Positions 11,087 to 21,241 of a stretch of 64,000 bases of DNA are shown in pieces. The stretch spans positions 69,068,001 to 69,132,000 of the forward strand of contig NC_045701.1 of NCBI RefSeq assembly GCF_009834535.1. The letters are read 5' to 3'. How positions within the stretch are numbered: position 1 is the first letter of the stretch; the number at the start of each line of letters is the position of its first letter. The notes beneath the pieces were generated by a model. It searched no databases. It was given only the letters and a program-made list of their open reading frames with translations, and was not told the DNA's origin. The stretch comes from Camelus ferus (taxonomy: Eukaryota). Made by a program: the position numbers and the translations under genes.

Positions 11087-11253
11087 GAACGGGCTGCCGG
11101 TGCGGGCTGATGGCCACCGTGTCCACCAGTCCCCGGACGGCACGCTGCTGATCTACAACCTGCGGGCCAGGGACGAGGGCTCCTACACGTGCAGTGCCTA
11201 CCGTGGAAGCCAGGCAGTCAGCCGCGTCACTGAGGTGAAGGTGGTCCCATCGG
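11087..11253 (+). CDS. PAPLN: Papilin coding exon (~26), second half of Ig-like domain 3
   Basis: ctgctccag acceptor, G|gtaagg donor, 167 nt. NGLPVRADGHRVHQSPDGTLLIYNLRARDEGSYTCSAY. Confidence 0.95.
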
Positions 11254-13555
11254 GTAAGGAAGGCCTACCCAGGCATCTGCTCGTTCTCCAGAGCTGGCTG
11301 TGTGGTGCAGAATGTGGAGGGTGCAGGCTGTGCAATCCGAGGGACTCTAGTCCAAATCCTGCCTCACTCTGCCAGCTATTGGTAGCGTGAGTTAGGGCAA
11401 GCTAGTTCCCATGGGGCCTGGAACAGCCCTGGGAGAGCACTGCGAGGGCCTTCCTGTGCTGGTCAGCCTGGATGGTCATGACCACTGTTACATGCCGGCC
11501 AGCTTGAGGGTGGACCTGTCCAGCGCTGGTGGTTGAAGTCTGGTAGAAATGTTGTTCGGTGAGTTGGACTGACAGTAGGCTTCCAGTCTTCGAGCTCCTT
11601 GAGACAGCGACTGGGACGCATGTTCCAGGGCCCAGCCCAGTGCTCAGCATCACCAGGTGCTCCAGTACTCAGTGACTGAGTACATGTGTGTGTGGGGGCA
11701 TTACCTTGGTGAAAGCACCATACTGCAGGGGCCACGTTTCACTTCTACCGTGCCCAGCAAATAGATCTCTTGTCCATGTCTTCACACTAACCAAATTTAC
11801 AAGACTTGAGACAAGCCAGGGCACAGATTTATGTGAGAGACACAGCTGTTAGGAGGACCCAGATGGGCATGTTTGTGATTAGCTACAGACATGTCTACAT
11901 GGGAAGCCAAATCATAATCAGAAACTTGGTTGATGCTGAAGTTTGGTGGGGCTCCTGATGACGTGTGGTCACCAAGCTGAAGTGGCATGATGTGACCTGC
12001 TTCCTAGACAGGACGCTTGCCTTTTCTCCTGCCTCCTGCTGGATGAGTGTTGCTTTTGTTGGGGGGGGGGCGCCTTTGTTTTATTAATTAGGTCACAGAT
12101 AACTGCTCTCACCCATTTAAGCGTTTTGTAAGCAGCTCACTGCCTGAGGCTGCCTCCCGGTGCTCTATTCATAGTTTGGCAGCATGTTGGAATTGCCGTG
12201 TTGGCATGGGGGGGGGGGGCTTGATCTAGTCACACTCTGGTGTAAGGGACATATTTCTCCTGTGAGGACCCCTCAAGCTTTTTGCCTTAAAGTCTGAGGT
12301 GAGAAAATATTGTAGGGTTAAGACATAGGGGAATCACTTACTTTTTCAAATGAGTGGGAATGAGGCTATTGGGCCAAACACAGTTAGGTGCTAAGATTTT
12401 AGCCATGGTCACTGCGTCCCAGGTGCTGTTATTATCCTCATTTCAGATGAGGAACCGGAGGCACAGGGAGCTTAGGTGATGACTTGCCCAGAGTCCCTCA
12501 GCCGGAAGTGGGAGAGCCGGGCTGGTACCGGGCGCAGGCTCAGGGCGGGCGTGCTTCCCCCTGCCCAGCACCTGCCTCTCCCGCCACGATGGGCCCAGGG
12601 GCTGCAGGGGCTGAGATAAAGTGGACACCAAAGTTACAATTTTTAAAAATAAGCAGAAATGGCTTGCTCTTTATGTAAATGTGGGTAGTTCTTACTCTGA
12701 TTATACTGGTTGGTATGGTCTCTTCGTTGTGTTTTGGGAGGAAGCAGGGGCGAGGGGAAGGAGTAGGCCTTCTCCAGCCCCATGAGGTCTGACTTTAGGG
12801 AGGTGCTGCTCAGGCCCAAGCCGAGTTATAAGCGCCCCTTTCTGAAAGAAAAGGGAGGTTAACTAGACAGGCCACTTCAGTGCTGGGACAAAGCAGCAGG
12901 TGGGGATTTATAAGATAAAGAAGCTCTGAGTCAATTCACAGGGGGAGGCAGCCAGCGCTTTGTCTTCAACATAGCATTAGCACCACAGTCCCAGCCTGTC
13001 CTCCTGTCCTCTTGCCTGGTACTGCTTTGCTGAGGGAAGTGGAAAAATTGGAAGGATGGGGAACTAAGTGACTGAGACAAGTTGGGGCTATTGAAGGCAC
13101 AAAACTTTTGAGGCTGGCGGAAACCAGCCGTGAGTGAGACGACAGGCAGCTCTGGCCGACTCAGAGTTGTGCTCAGGGCTGATCCTACCCTCGCTTCCCG
13201 ATCCAGAGGCCGCGGCTGCTGTCGTTCAGCTCTTCAGGCCTCAACAGTCAGGGTAGGGAGTTAACTTCCAGAGACGTTTAATCGCCCAGTCAGTCACCGC
13301 TGGGGTCTGCGATGCACTGTGCGCTGGGCGGGAGCTGCAAAAGAATCATGGGAGGACCGCTGCTTGCTGACGTGAGGGGGGAGGAGGCTGGAACGCGACC
13401 CCTCCTGCAGTTAAAGGGTTACAGGGCAACTGCACTCTTTGGGGAATCTGGTACGTCAAGTGCTGCTTTCCTTTTAGGAAAACGAAATGAAGTGGCAGGT
13501 GAGAGTTTTCAGCATACTCAGAGCTTTCTTACCTCTCTCCCCGGTCACCTTGCAG

Positions 13556-13731
13556 CGCGGGCCGCCCAGCCGAGGGACCCCAGCAGGGAGTGCATCGACC
13601 AGCCGGAGCTGGCCAACTGTGACCTGATCCTGCAGGCCCAGCTCTGCGGCAACGAGTACTACTCCAGCTTCTGCTGTGCCAGCTGTTCCCGGGTCCAGCC
13701 TCACGCTCAGCCCATCTGGCAGCAAGGATGA
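13556..13731 (+). CDS. PAPLN: Papilin last coding exon (~27), PLAC domain, stop TGA at 13729-13731
   Basis: ccttgcag acceptor. CIDQPELANCDLILQAQLCGNEYYSSFCCASC is a PLAC Cys pattern; the protein ends PIWQQG*. Confidence 0.96.
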
Positions 13732-15146
13732 AGGCGAGCTCCAGCCCCAGTTCGGAAACACTCACAGAGCTGGGGAGAAGGAAAGACAGGCTCTCGGTCT
13801 CCCCTCCCTGGCTGGCAAAGAGAGTTATCCTCTGGAGACACTGGTCTGTGCAAAGCTGCCCCAGCTATTCAGCCTCAGCAGCGGTCAGCACCTGCCTCTC
13901 TGTGGTCCCAGCTGTGTTTGCATCTCTGACAGAACCACAGGTGGCTGCGGAGTTGTCAAGGACCTATTTGAATAAGGACACCCTTTACTTTACAACTTCC
14001 CTTTATAATTTGTTATACAAGATCCGTTCACTGTTTTAAAGCATGTTACTAGGGTTCTCACTTCACTTAAAGCCGGGTGGGGAGGTGTGTAATGATTTCA
14101 GAGTTTATACCCATCTCTAACAGGAACACTAACTCCTTTTGTGTCAGGGAAGCATTTTTTGCTCGAACTAGATCTCACCTGGGGTCCAAACAATGGCCCA
14201 TTATTCGAGTCTCTCTCACCCTTCCAGGCAGTCTAGCAACCAGCTTCAAACACCATCTGTGTGTGCAATTAACAACGTGACGTTCGTGACAGCTCTCAGC
14301 AAAGTGGAATGTAATATAAGGCTCAGTAAAGGGATATGGGATGCGTCGGTATCCGAGCATGAAAGAACTAGAAACGCTCCCTCCTTTCAGCGGGAGGTGG
14401 CGCCCTCCTCCTGAGGACTGCCTCCCACCTGCATGGAGCTGACTGATGGGCCTGCTCTGCGCAGTGGCCAGCGAGGAGGAGCCGCTCTGCCTCAAGCAGG
14501 AATCTGTGAAGCAAAGTATTTGCTGCCAGATAAAAACCAGATTATTAAAAGCAGCACCAGCAGGGGCTTGGGGGGAGGGAACGAATGGAGGGGAGGGCAA
14601 TGTGGTAAGAGGGAAGTGGATTCAGAAATGGTTTGAGTTGGAAGTAGTCATTCTCCATCTCTCAGAGCCTCTTCCTTCCTTGCTGCTAAAACAAGAGGCC
14701 TGGTTTCAGTGAGCTTCCGAGTTCCTTTCCATTCTGACCTTCTAGAAACCCTCCAGAGGACTGGCTGGGCCTAGTAACAGGAGATTCTGGGACACAGAAA
14801 GACAGGCATTACAGAAGAAGGTGACTTTTATTACCAACACACTGGCTGGGAAAGAGACAAGCTGCATCATGGGTGAGTGACACTTCGTGGTCTGCCTCTC
14901 ATTCCACAAAACATGGGCCAGGGGCAGAGGTCTGCTTTTCTTTCCATCCCCTTTCATTCCCCATGGCTGGTTTTGCTATAGAAGTTGGAAAGTAGAGGCC
15001 ACTTTCTTACAGTCCCCCATTCTCTAGTTAAAGTAATATTTGGCTAATTGATGACACACCTCAGAAGGTAAGTTTGAAGTTAGCTCTTCTTAGAAGTAGG
15101 CACAGAATAGTGGGTTGAAGTTAGAGGTGAGAGTAAAAATCTAGAC

Positions 15147-15466
15147 CAGTGGTTTTCAACCCTCTTCCATACTGGGGGCTTTTTTTAAAAAAAAAACCGC
15201 ACCTGGAGCTTTACTCCCCTGAGGTTTTGCTTTAATTGGTCTGGAGTACAGGCCAGGCACGTTGATTAATTTTAAAAGCTCCCAGATGATTCTAACGTGA
15301 ATCCAAAGTTGAAAAGTCACTGCTCACCCCAGACTCCTCAGAATGTGGATCTTGTTCAAACGCAGATTCTGACGACCAGGTCTGGGGTGGGGCTGAGGGT
15401 CTGTACCTCTAACCACCTGCCAGGTGAAGTCCACCCTGCTGTTCCAGACCACACTTTGAACAGCAA
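15147..15466. mobile_element. Two adjacent MER5-like hAT relics
   Basis: Terminal inverted repeats cagtggttttcaac / gttgaaaagtcactg (15147-15322), then a MER5A-like cagattctga...ggtctggggtggggctgag...gaccacactttgaacagca. Confidence 0.6.
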
Positions 15467-15643
15467 GAATCTGACAGGAGAGATGTGCTTCGGAACAACC
15501 AAAGCCTAAAGTATAAATACAAATATGAATTTTAAGAACATACTAGTCCCAGTAAAAGATTCTCTAGCCATCAGACTAGAGCGCTGCAGCAGCAGTGGGT
15601 GGAGAGAGAACACGGCCAAAAAAAAAAACCCAACTCACCGGCT

Positions 15644-15649
15644 AATAAA
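15644..15649 (+). terminator. PAPLN: Candidate PAPLN poly(A) signal AATAAA
   Basis: First canonical AATAAA I found after the PAPLN stop. Variant hexamers occur at 13971 (AATAAG) and 14544 (ATTAAA), and a further AATAAA at 15891. Confidence 0.5.
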
Positions 15650-15699
15650 GAAAAGGGGAAAGAACAGCCCTTCATGGCCAAAAGCTTCTACCACGAACA

Positions 15700-15705
15700 T
15701 TTATT
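15700..15705 (-). terminator. NUMB: Candidate distal NUMB poly(A) signal AATAAA
   Basis: TTTATT on +. On the - strand it is followed by U/GU-rich sequence (reverse complement of 15612-15665). Confidence 0.7.
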
Positions 15706-16179
15706 TTTGTTAAAGCAGATTATAAATTCTCATCAGTACAAATATATATAACTTACATTTGATTGTAAGGCCAACGTTCAAAAGTAAAAATGAGATGCGA
15801 TCTCATGTTACGAGAGGTCAAGTGGCTGCAGCTGGCAATGGGATGTTCTGCTCACCACGGGGAGAGGGATGAACAGGAACACACAGCGCTAATAAAACCA
15901 GACTCTCCATCCCCACGAAACTCGTGGGAACAAAACTTAAGGACAAAACAAAACCCAAGACCTACATGACAAACCAACACAGTAATAACCTGCGTTCCCG
16001 TCTACAGATGTGATTATGTCACTGTCACCTTAGTGTTAAAGGAATAACATAAGGAAACTGTAGCAATATATAAAAGAAAATATTCTCTACAGAGCATATT
16101 TAGATTGAGTCCATTAACATAATGACATTAGAATTTCATTAGAGGTTTAAAACCAGGACAATACTGCTCGCTCTTTATT

Positions 16180-16194
16180 TAAAACTACAACCTA
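16180..16194 (-). promoter_or_regulatory. Musashi-binding-type element UAGGUUGUAGUUUUA in the NUMB 3'UTR
   Basis: The + strand reads taaaactacaaccta. It contains the (G/A)U1-3AGU consensus and closely resembles the known mouse Numb MSI1 site as I recall it (UAGGUAGUAGUUUUA). Confidence 0.7.
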
Positions 16195-17041
16195 GTGACT
16201 GTTGGTCATAAGCATGATTGTTGTTGCAATGTGCTACTTACAGTGAATGATACCAAGTAAGCTAGGGATCCCGCCTGCAACTTNNNNNNNNNNNNNNNNN
16301 NNNNNNNNNNNNNNNNNNNNNNNNNNNNNNNNNNNNNNNNNNNNNNNNNNNNNNNNNNNNNNNNNNNNNNNNNNNNNNNNNNNNNNNNNNNNNNNNNNNN
16401 NNNNNNNNNNNNNNNNNNNNNNNNNNNNNNNNNNNNNNNNNNNNNNNNNNNNNNNNNNNNNNNNNTATATTTATAATATTTATTCTTACTTAAAATGGAA
16501 GCTCAGCTTTACCCCTAAAATATAGCTCTGCTGGGCAGCTACTGGGGTGTCCTCCTGGGAATTCTGGCAGCATGGCCTGCTCCTCATCCCCAGCCCAAGC
16601 ACAGGCCACCCTGTCCTTGAGCTGTAAGATGGGCCAGCACTGAGAGAGGAGGCAGGTGAATGGCCTGAAAAACAATGGGAGATCATTTTGCTTCCCGCTG
16701 TGTTTTATACTCTAGTAAATGTGCTTTGAATACAGACTCCTGTTCAGATATTCTGCCTTTCTGTTGCCAGAAGTTTGTAAGGGGCTGAGGGAGGAGGGGG
16801 GGGACAGGGGATAACATTTCCTTGACTTCTTTTGTCTGACTGCAGGACAGCGCTTCTCTAGGAATGGTTTTCTCCACTTTTTCAATCACCCTTTCTCAGC
16901 GCTCTATGCCTGGACATGCTCCTTGGGACCTTTGGGATTAGTGAAAAGCGTACTGGTTGGGAACACAACCCTTTGCTCCTTTGACCTCCACCCCCCGCCC
17001 TGGCCTAAGTCCAGACAAAATACATAAGCCATAAGGACTGC

Positions 17042-17757
17042 TTAAAGTTCAATTTCAAAAGTCTTCTGCAAGTCGCTGGAGAAGGGGTTGGTGGGGGAGG
17101 GGTTGGTACGCTGCTTGGACTTGCTCTCTAATGCAGCCCACTGGGCTTCGAAAGGATCCACCGGGCAGCTGCATGCAGGAGCCTCGGTGTGCCTGTCTCC
17201 CGAGGCCAACCTGCCATCATCTATGCCATTGAAAGCCGCAGAACCGTTGAGGTGCTGAGCAGGAGGCTTAAAGAAGGGACTGGCAGTAGCACTGCTTGTC
17301 TCATACTGAGGGAATGTCTGCTGCTTGACCAGGCCGGGAGATGGATGAGGCTGGACAGCCTGTGGGTGGCCTGCAGTGCCAAACACGTTGGCGACCATCT
17401 GGGAGGGAGTGATGCCCACCACAGGCACATTAGGGGCTGGATAGGGCATCCCGTTAGCCACAGGATAGGACTGGGCAGGGACAAAGGCTGGCTGCAGGGG
17501 TGGGACCACACCCACTGGCACGGGCTGAGAGGGGAGGAATGCATTTCCTTGGAAAGGTGGTGCCGGCTGGGAGATGGCAGTGGGTGGAGGAGGCTGAAGA
17601 ACTGGCTGCAGCGGAGCAGGTGAGGCCTGGGGCTGCTGAGCCCGGACACTCTTGGACACCTCTTCCAACCAGCGGTCGGCCTCAGAGGGAGTGCGTCTGT
17701 GACCAGCCTGGAAGAGACCTGGAGAGACAGCACCAGAAGATTGACCCCACTCGGTCC
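17042..17757 (-). CDS. NUMB: NUMB last coding exon (~13), GTEWGQ...VDPFEAQW...TNPFSSDLQKTFEIEL*
   Basis: ttgtttctag acceptor. The 716-nt frame matches the NUMB C-terminus and includes the DPF and NPF endocytic motifs. Confidence 0.98.
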
Positions 17758-18683
17758 CTAGAAACAAGAGGAAGAGAGAAAAAAGAATCAGAGTCTTTAG
17801 TGGCTTCTTTCTTCACTTGATAGCCTTGGTTATTCGAATGATCCTAACGTGGAATGAGCCCCCACTGGGATATGCTGTGGCTTTGGGAGGTGGGAGGAAT
17901 GTCTCTCGTCCCTACTCTAGTCGTAGCTGAGATCAGGGGGAGGACAGGGAGAACCCGTGAGACCATGTGGCACATCTCAGCCACGCTGAGGAGCTGTCTA
18001 GATATGCTCAACCTCATCATACCAAGGTGACCGGCTGGCGTCAGAAACCACGCCCCGCACCCCCATTGCTGCGGCTCATCCATGGTCCAGAAACCAGCTT
18101 GCACTTACTCTAAATGGCCCAAGGGGTTCACCTTCTGCGCTAACAGAATGAAAAGAAAATAACCAGTGACTTGGTGCTGTACCTTGTGGCCCCTGCATGG
18201 TTTCCAGACAGATGTATGTCTTTCTGGTGAACTGCCTTTATTGCTACTTAGAAACATTTTTTGTTAATAAATGTTCATTATTAAAAGAACTAGAAAGTAC
18301 AGAAAGGCAAATACGACTTTTTCTTTTTTGTAGCCCTGCCACTGTAGGAGGCAGGGTCCTCTTTTCCTACAGGCATGTCCACGGATCCAAATCCAGTGAT
18401 ACTCTCGAGGGAGGACCCAGGAGTTTGCATGGTATGAATGCTCTATGGTTGGTTCTGCAGACCTAAGAACTATCAGTCTCACCTCTTTAGTTCCTCTCCT
18501 TCATCATCCTGTTTTAAGGTTTATTTCCAGTGAGGTTTATTGGAACAAGGTTTATTTCCAACAGGGAACATACTTTTCCTAGAAGGACTCCTCCCTGGTT
18601 CCCACTCAGGTAAATGGCTGATTTTCAAACCAGGGTCACTTATCTGATCCCAGAATCCTCACCACCTTCTGTGGCCACCTTAC

Positions 18684-18830
18684 CCGAACGTGTGGCTGCA
18701 ATTCCCTTGTTAGCACCATCAGGGGTATAGGCCCAAGGGTTGGTTTCACGCACAGGCATTGCTACGGGTGCTAGAGCAGTATGGGCTGGCTTAGCAGCAA
18801 GCACATGGAAGGCTGAGTCAGTGCCATTAG
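18684..18830 (-). CDS. NUMB: NUMB alternative PRR-insert exon (exon 12, 'exon 9' in much of the literature), 147 nt / 49 aa
   Basis: cccattgtag acceptor, G|gtaagg donor. ANGTDSAFHVLAAKPAHTALAPVAMPVRETNPWAYTPDGANKGIAATRS; symmetric phase 1-1. Confidence 0.96.
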
Positions 18831-18859
18831 CTACAATGGGAGCAGACAACATCAACGGG

Positions 18860-18872
18860 GTTAATTCATGCA
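18860..18872 (-). promoter_or_regulatory. RBFOX (UGCAUG, 18867-18872) and QKI/branch-point-like (AUUAAC, 18860-18865) elements upstream of NUMB exon 12
   Basis: The - strand reads ...ccTGCATGaATTAACcccgttgatgttgtctgctcccattgtag|CTAAT. RBFOX and QKI control of this exon is established. Confidence 0.75.
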
Positions 18873-19839
18873 GGGTGTACGGGCGATCCCTTGGAGCTGG
18901 GTCAGTCAGGCCATTGTGCAATACTGGTAGGACAGATAAGACAGAGAAGCTGGCTCTGAGATAACCACGCCATCTGCAGTGGATACACCTTTTGGCAAAG
19001 AGGGAATTAGAGATTGTAATTAAAATGGCTGTAGTGATACAGTTAAATGACTCTTCTAGGAAAATGCGTATCAGGAGAGAGGAAATGAAGACTAGAAAAA
19101 CAATTTCAAATGAAGTTGAACAGAGCTGCTTTGTTTTACAAGCTAACTATTATGGATATAGCTTAGCCTTTGGCATGATGGTGGAGATAAAATATCTTCT
19201 TTTCCTACCACTTTTCGAAAAGATGAAATTATGCCAATAATAACAATGATGGTTAAGTTAAATACAGTCATTCCTTATTACGTGCTAGGTACTATGCTGA
19301 CAGTAATTTAGTGTGTGCCATCTCATTTAACTCTCTCAAAAACCCTGTAAGGCTGGTATTATCCCCATATTACAGATGAGAAATCAAACTTGGTATATGT
19401 TTTAATTTGCTTAATAATTTTCTAATTTGCTACAGAATTAATTTCATCTCTCGTTTTTAGTGATTTTTTTCGCTTCAGTAATGTTCATAATATCTCAGTG
19501 TGTCTACTACTTTTTCCTGTCTCCCTTTATTAAAATCTCCTAACTCTTGCTCCTTTACTCCAGACGTCCATCGCACCAGTTTCTACTCCTTAGGCTCAGC
19601 TCTCTGTATTCAGTATGGAGCAGGTGAGCAGGCACCTTCCCCTGCCCTATACTATAATCATTCCATCTTTAGGGCTGGGCAACCATGCTTACTGCATTGC
19701 TGCTACTCACCCAGGGCTTGTCTAAAAGTCTAGCTCACCCACAGACTGAGAGTCCCTTAAAGGCAGGGAAAGGACTATATCCTACTCAGTTTTGTACACC
19801 CATTTCCCTGTAAATAGGCACCGAGTCAGTAGAGTATAA

Positions 19840-20045
19840 CAGGAACTACATTTAGAAAGGTTTAAATCCTGGCTGTGCAATTTGGACAATTTACTTAACC
19901 TCTCTGAGCCCCATTTTTCATTTTCCTCATCTGTGATGCCTACCTCAAAGGGTTGTTGTGGGGATTAAATGAGATGAGAAGATGCATGACTCTTTACCGT
20001 GGTGTATGTGGGCAGACACGGTGCTAAGTGCCCAATAAATTGTGC
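19840..20045 (+). mobile_element. MIR relic
   Basis: aaatcctggctgtgcaatttggacaatttacttaacctctctgagcc...cctacctcaaagggttgttgtggggattaaatgag. Confidence 0.65.
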
Positions 20046-20487
20046 CTATGACTATTGGTATTATAAATACTTGTTAGATAAAATGAAAAGCCACTTGGTG
20101 CACATGATTATTAAGGATTTTTTTTTTTAAAAGAGACTCCCTCCTGGAGGAAAAGCATTTTGTAGCTTCCTCCAATAGGAGCAGGGTTCTGTCTCCACAG
20201 CAAAACTTTTTCTGAGCTCTTTCTAGAAAGAAATGAAGAAATAGCAATTACAGGAGCTCAAATTCTAAAAGTCTATAATTTAAGTTATATAGACTCTTTG
20301 CTGACCTTTGAGCCAATACCAACCATTAATTCAGTACCTCTGAAAACAACAACTTTTAGTAACTCTTCAATGCCACAAAGGCTAATTCTAGGACACTTGT
20401 AATAGAAGATGAAATGAGTCAAAGGGCCAATAGAAGTGCCTTTTTTTTTATGAGCCTCTTGTGACAGGGTAGAGACTTGAGTGAGTA

Positions 20488-20709
20488 CAGGGCTTCTCAA
20501 TCTTGGCACCACTGATATTTTGGGCCAGAGTTCTTTGTTGTGAGGGTGGCTACTGTGTACACTGAAAGATGTTTAGTGGCATCCCTGGCCTCCACCCAGA
20601 TGTCAGGAGTAACCACCCCCTACCGAACTGCAAAACCCCAAAATGTCTCCAGACAATGAAAGCCGAATTTTCCCCAAGGGGCAAAATCATCCCAGGTTGA
20701 GAACCACTG
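20488..20709. mobile_element. MER20-like hAT DNA transposon relic
   Basis: TIRs cagggcttctcaa / ttgagaaccactg; internal MER20-type sequence. Confidence 0.7.
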
Positions 20710-21091
20710 TGCTAAAGAAAGCATACTGCTAGAACCAATTCTCATGACTGTTTGTTTCTGGAGAACTGGTTGGATACTTGACTCTTAACAGTTAAGTAGC
20801 AAGTAAAGCAGTGGGTTGGGACTAGAGAAGCTCCTGAATAGAATGGGATGAAAGATGGGGAGGTACGTGCAAAATGACAAATGCACACATCTCAGGAAAC
20901 AGGAAGGGGAACTGAGCACAAAGACACTGTTGGAAAGGGAAATTAATGAATCTGAGATAATACCAAACAGGGAAATTAGTGGGTCTGACCAGCTCTTGGG
21001 AAACTCAGGATGCCAACTTACAGTTAGTGAGCAGTGTCATAGAAGTACTAGTTTCAAAGAGAACAGCTGAGCAGGCTAAACGGGCACCAAC

Positions 21092-21241
21092 CTTGAAAGG
21101 CAGGAGACTGTGGTGCCACCACTGTCACTGGTTTGGTCATTGGGGCGGATGAAAAGGGGTCCTCAGAGGGTGTGCTGAAGGCACTGGTGATCTGTGAGCA
21201 CAGGGAGCTGATGCTCTCCGCCTCCCCTTCCACCTCCGGCA
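21092..21241 (-). CDS. NUMB: NUMB coding exon (~11), VPEVEGEAESISSLCSQITSAFSTPSEDPFSSAPMTKPVTVVAPQSPAFQ
   Basis: ttgcag acceptor, G|gttggt donor, 150 nt; contains a DPF motif. Confidence 0.96.

Larger units (their letters stand above)
15680..17041 (-). other. NUMB: NUMB 3' UTR (approximate end; contains N gap 16284-16465)
   Basis: Lies between the NUMB stop codon and the distal AATAAA; AU-rich; carries a Musashi-type element. Confidence 0.75.

Noticed and set aside
10252-11151. 299-aa ORF in PAPLN intron 25, the longest in the track
   Set aside because: Starts at a non-ATG codon, is low-complexity Pro/Ser/Leu typical of GC-rich intron, overlaps L2-like sequence, enters exon 26 out of frame, and has no recognisable domain.
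16247-16525. ORFs containing X runs (also near 30.1, 45.1, 46.8 and 52.8 kb)
   Set aside because: Artefacts of translating through N gaps.
15680-17041. miR-146a seed site reported for the NUMB 3'UTR
   Set aside because: No GAGAACT on the + strand in the visible UTR. It could be inside gap 16284-16465, so I did not call it.
17189-17820. Antisense and alternative-frame ORFs (144, 170 and 106 aa) over NUMB exon 13
   Set aside because: Shadow frames of a Pro/Gln/Ala-rich exon, with no independent evidence.
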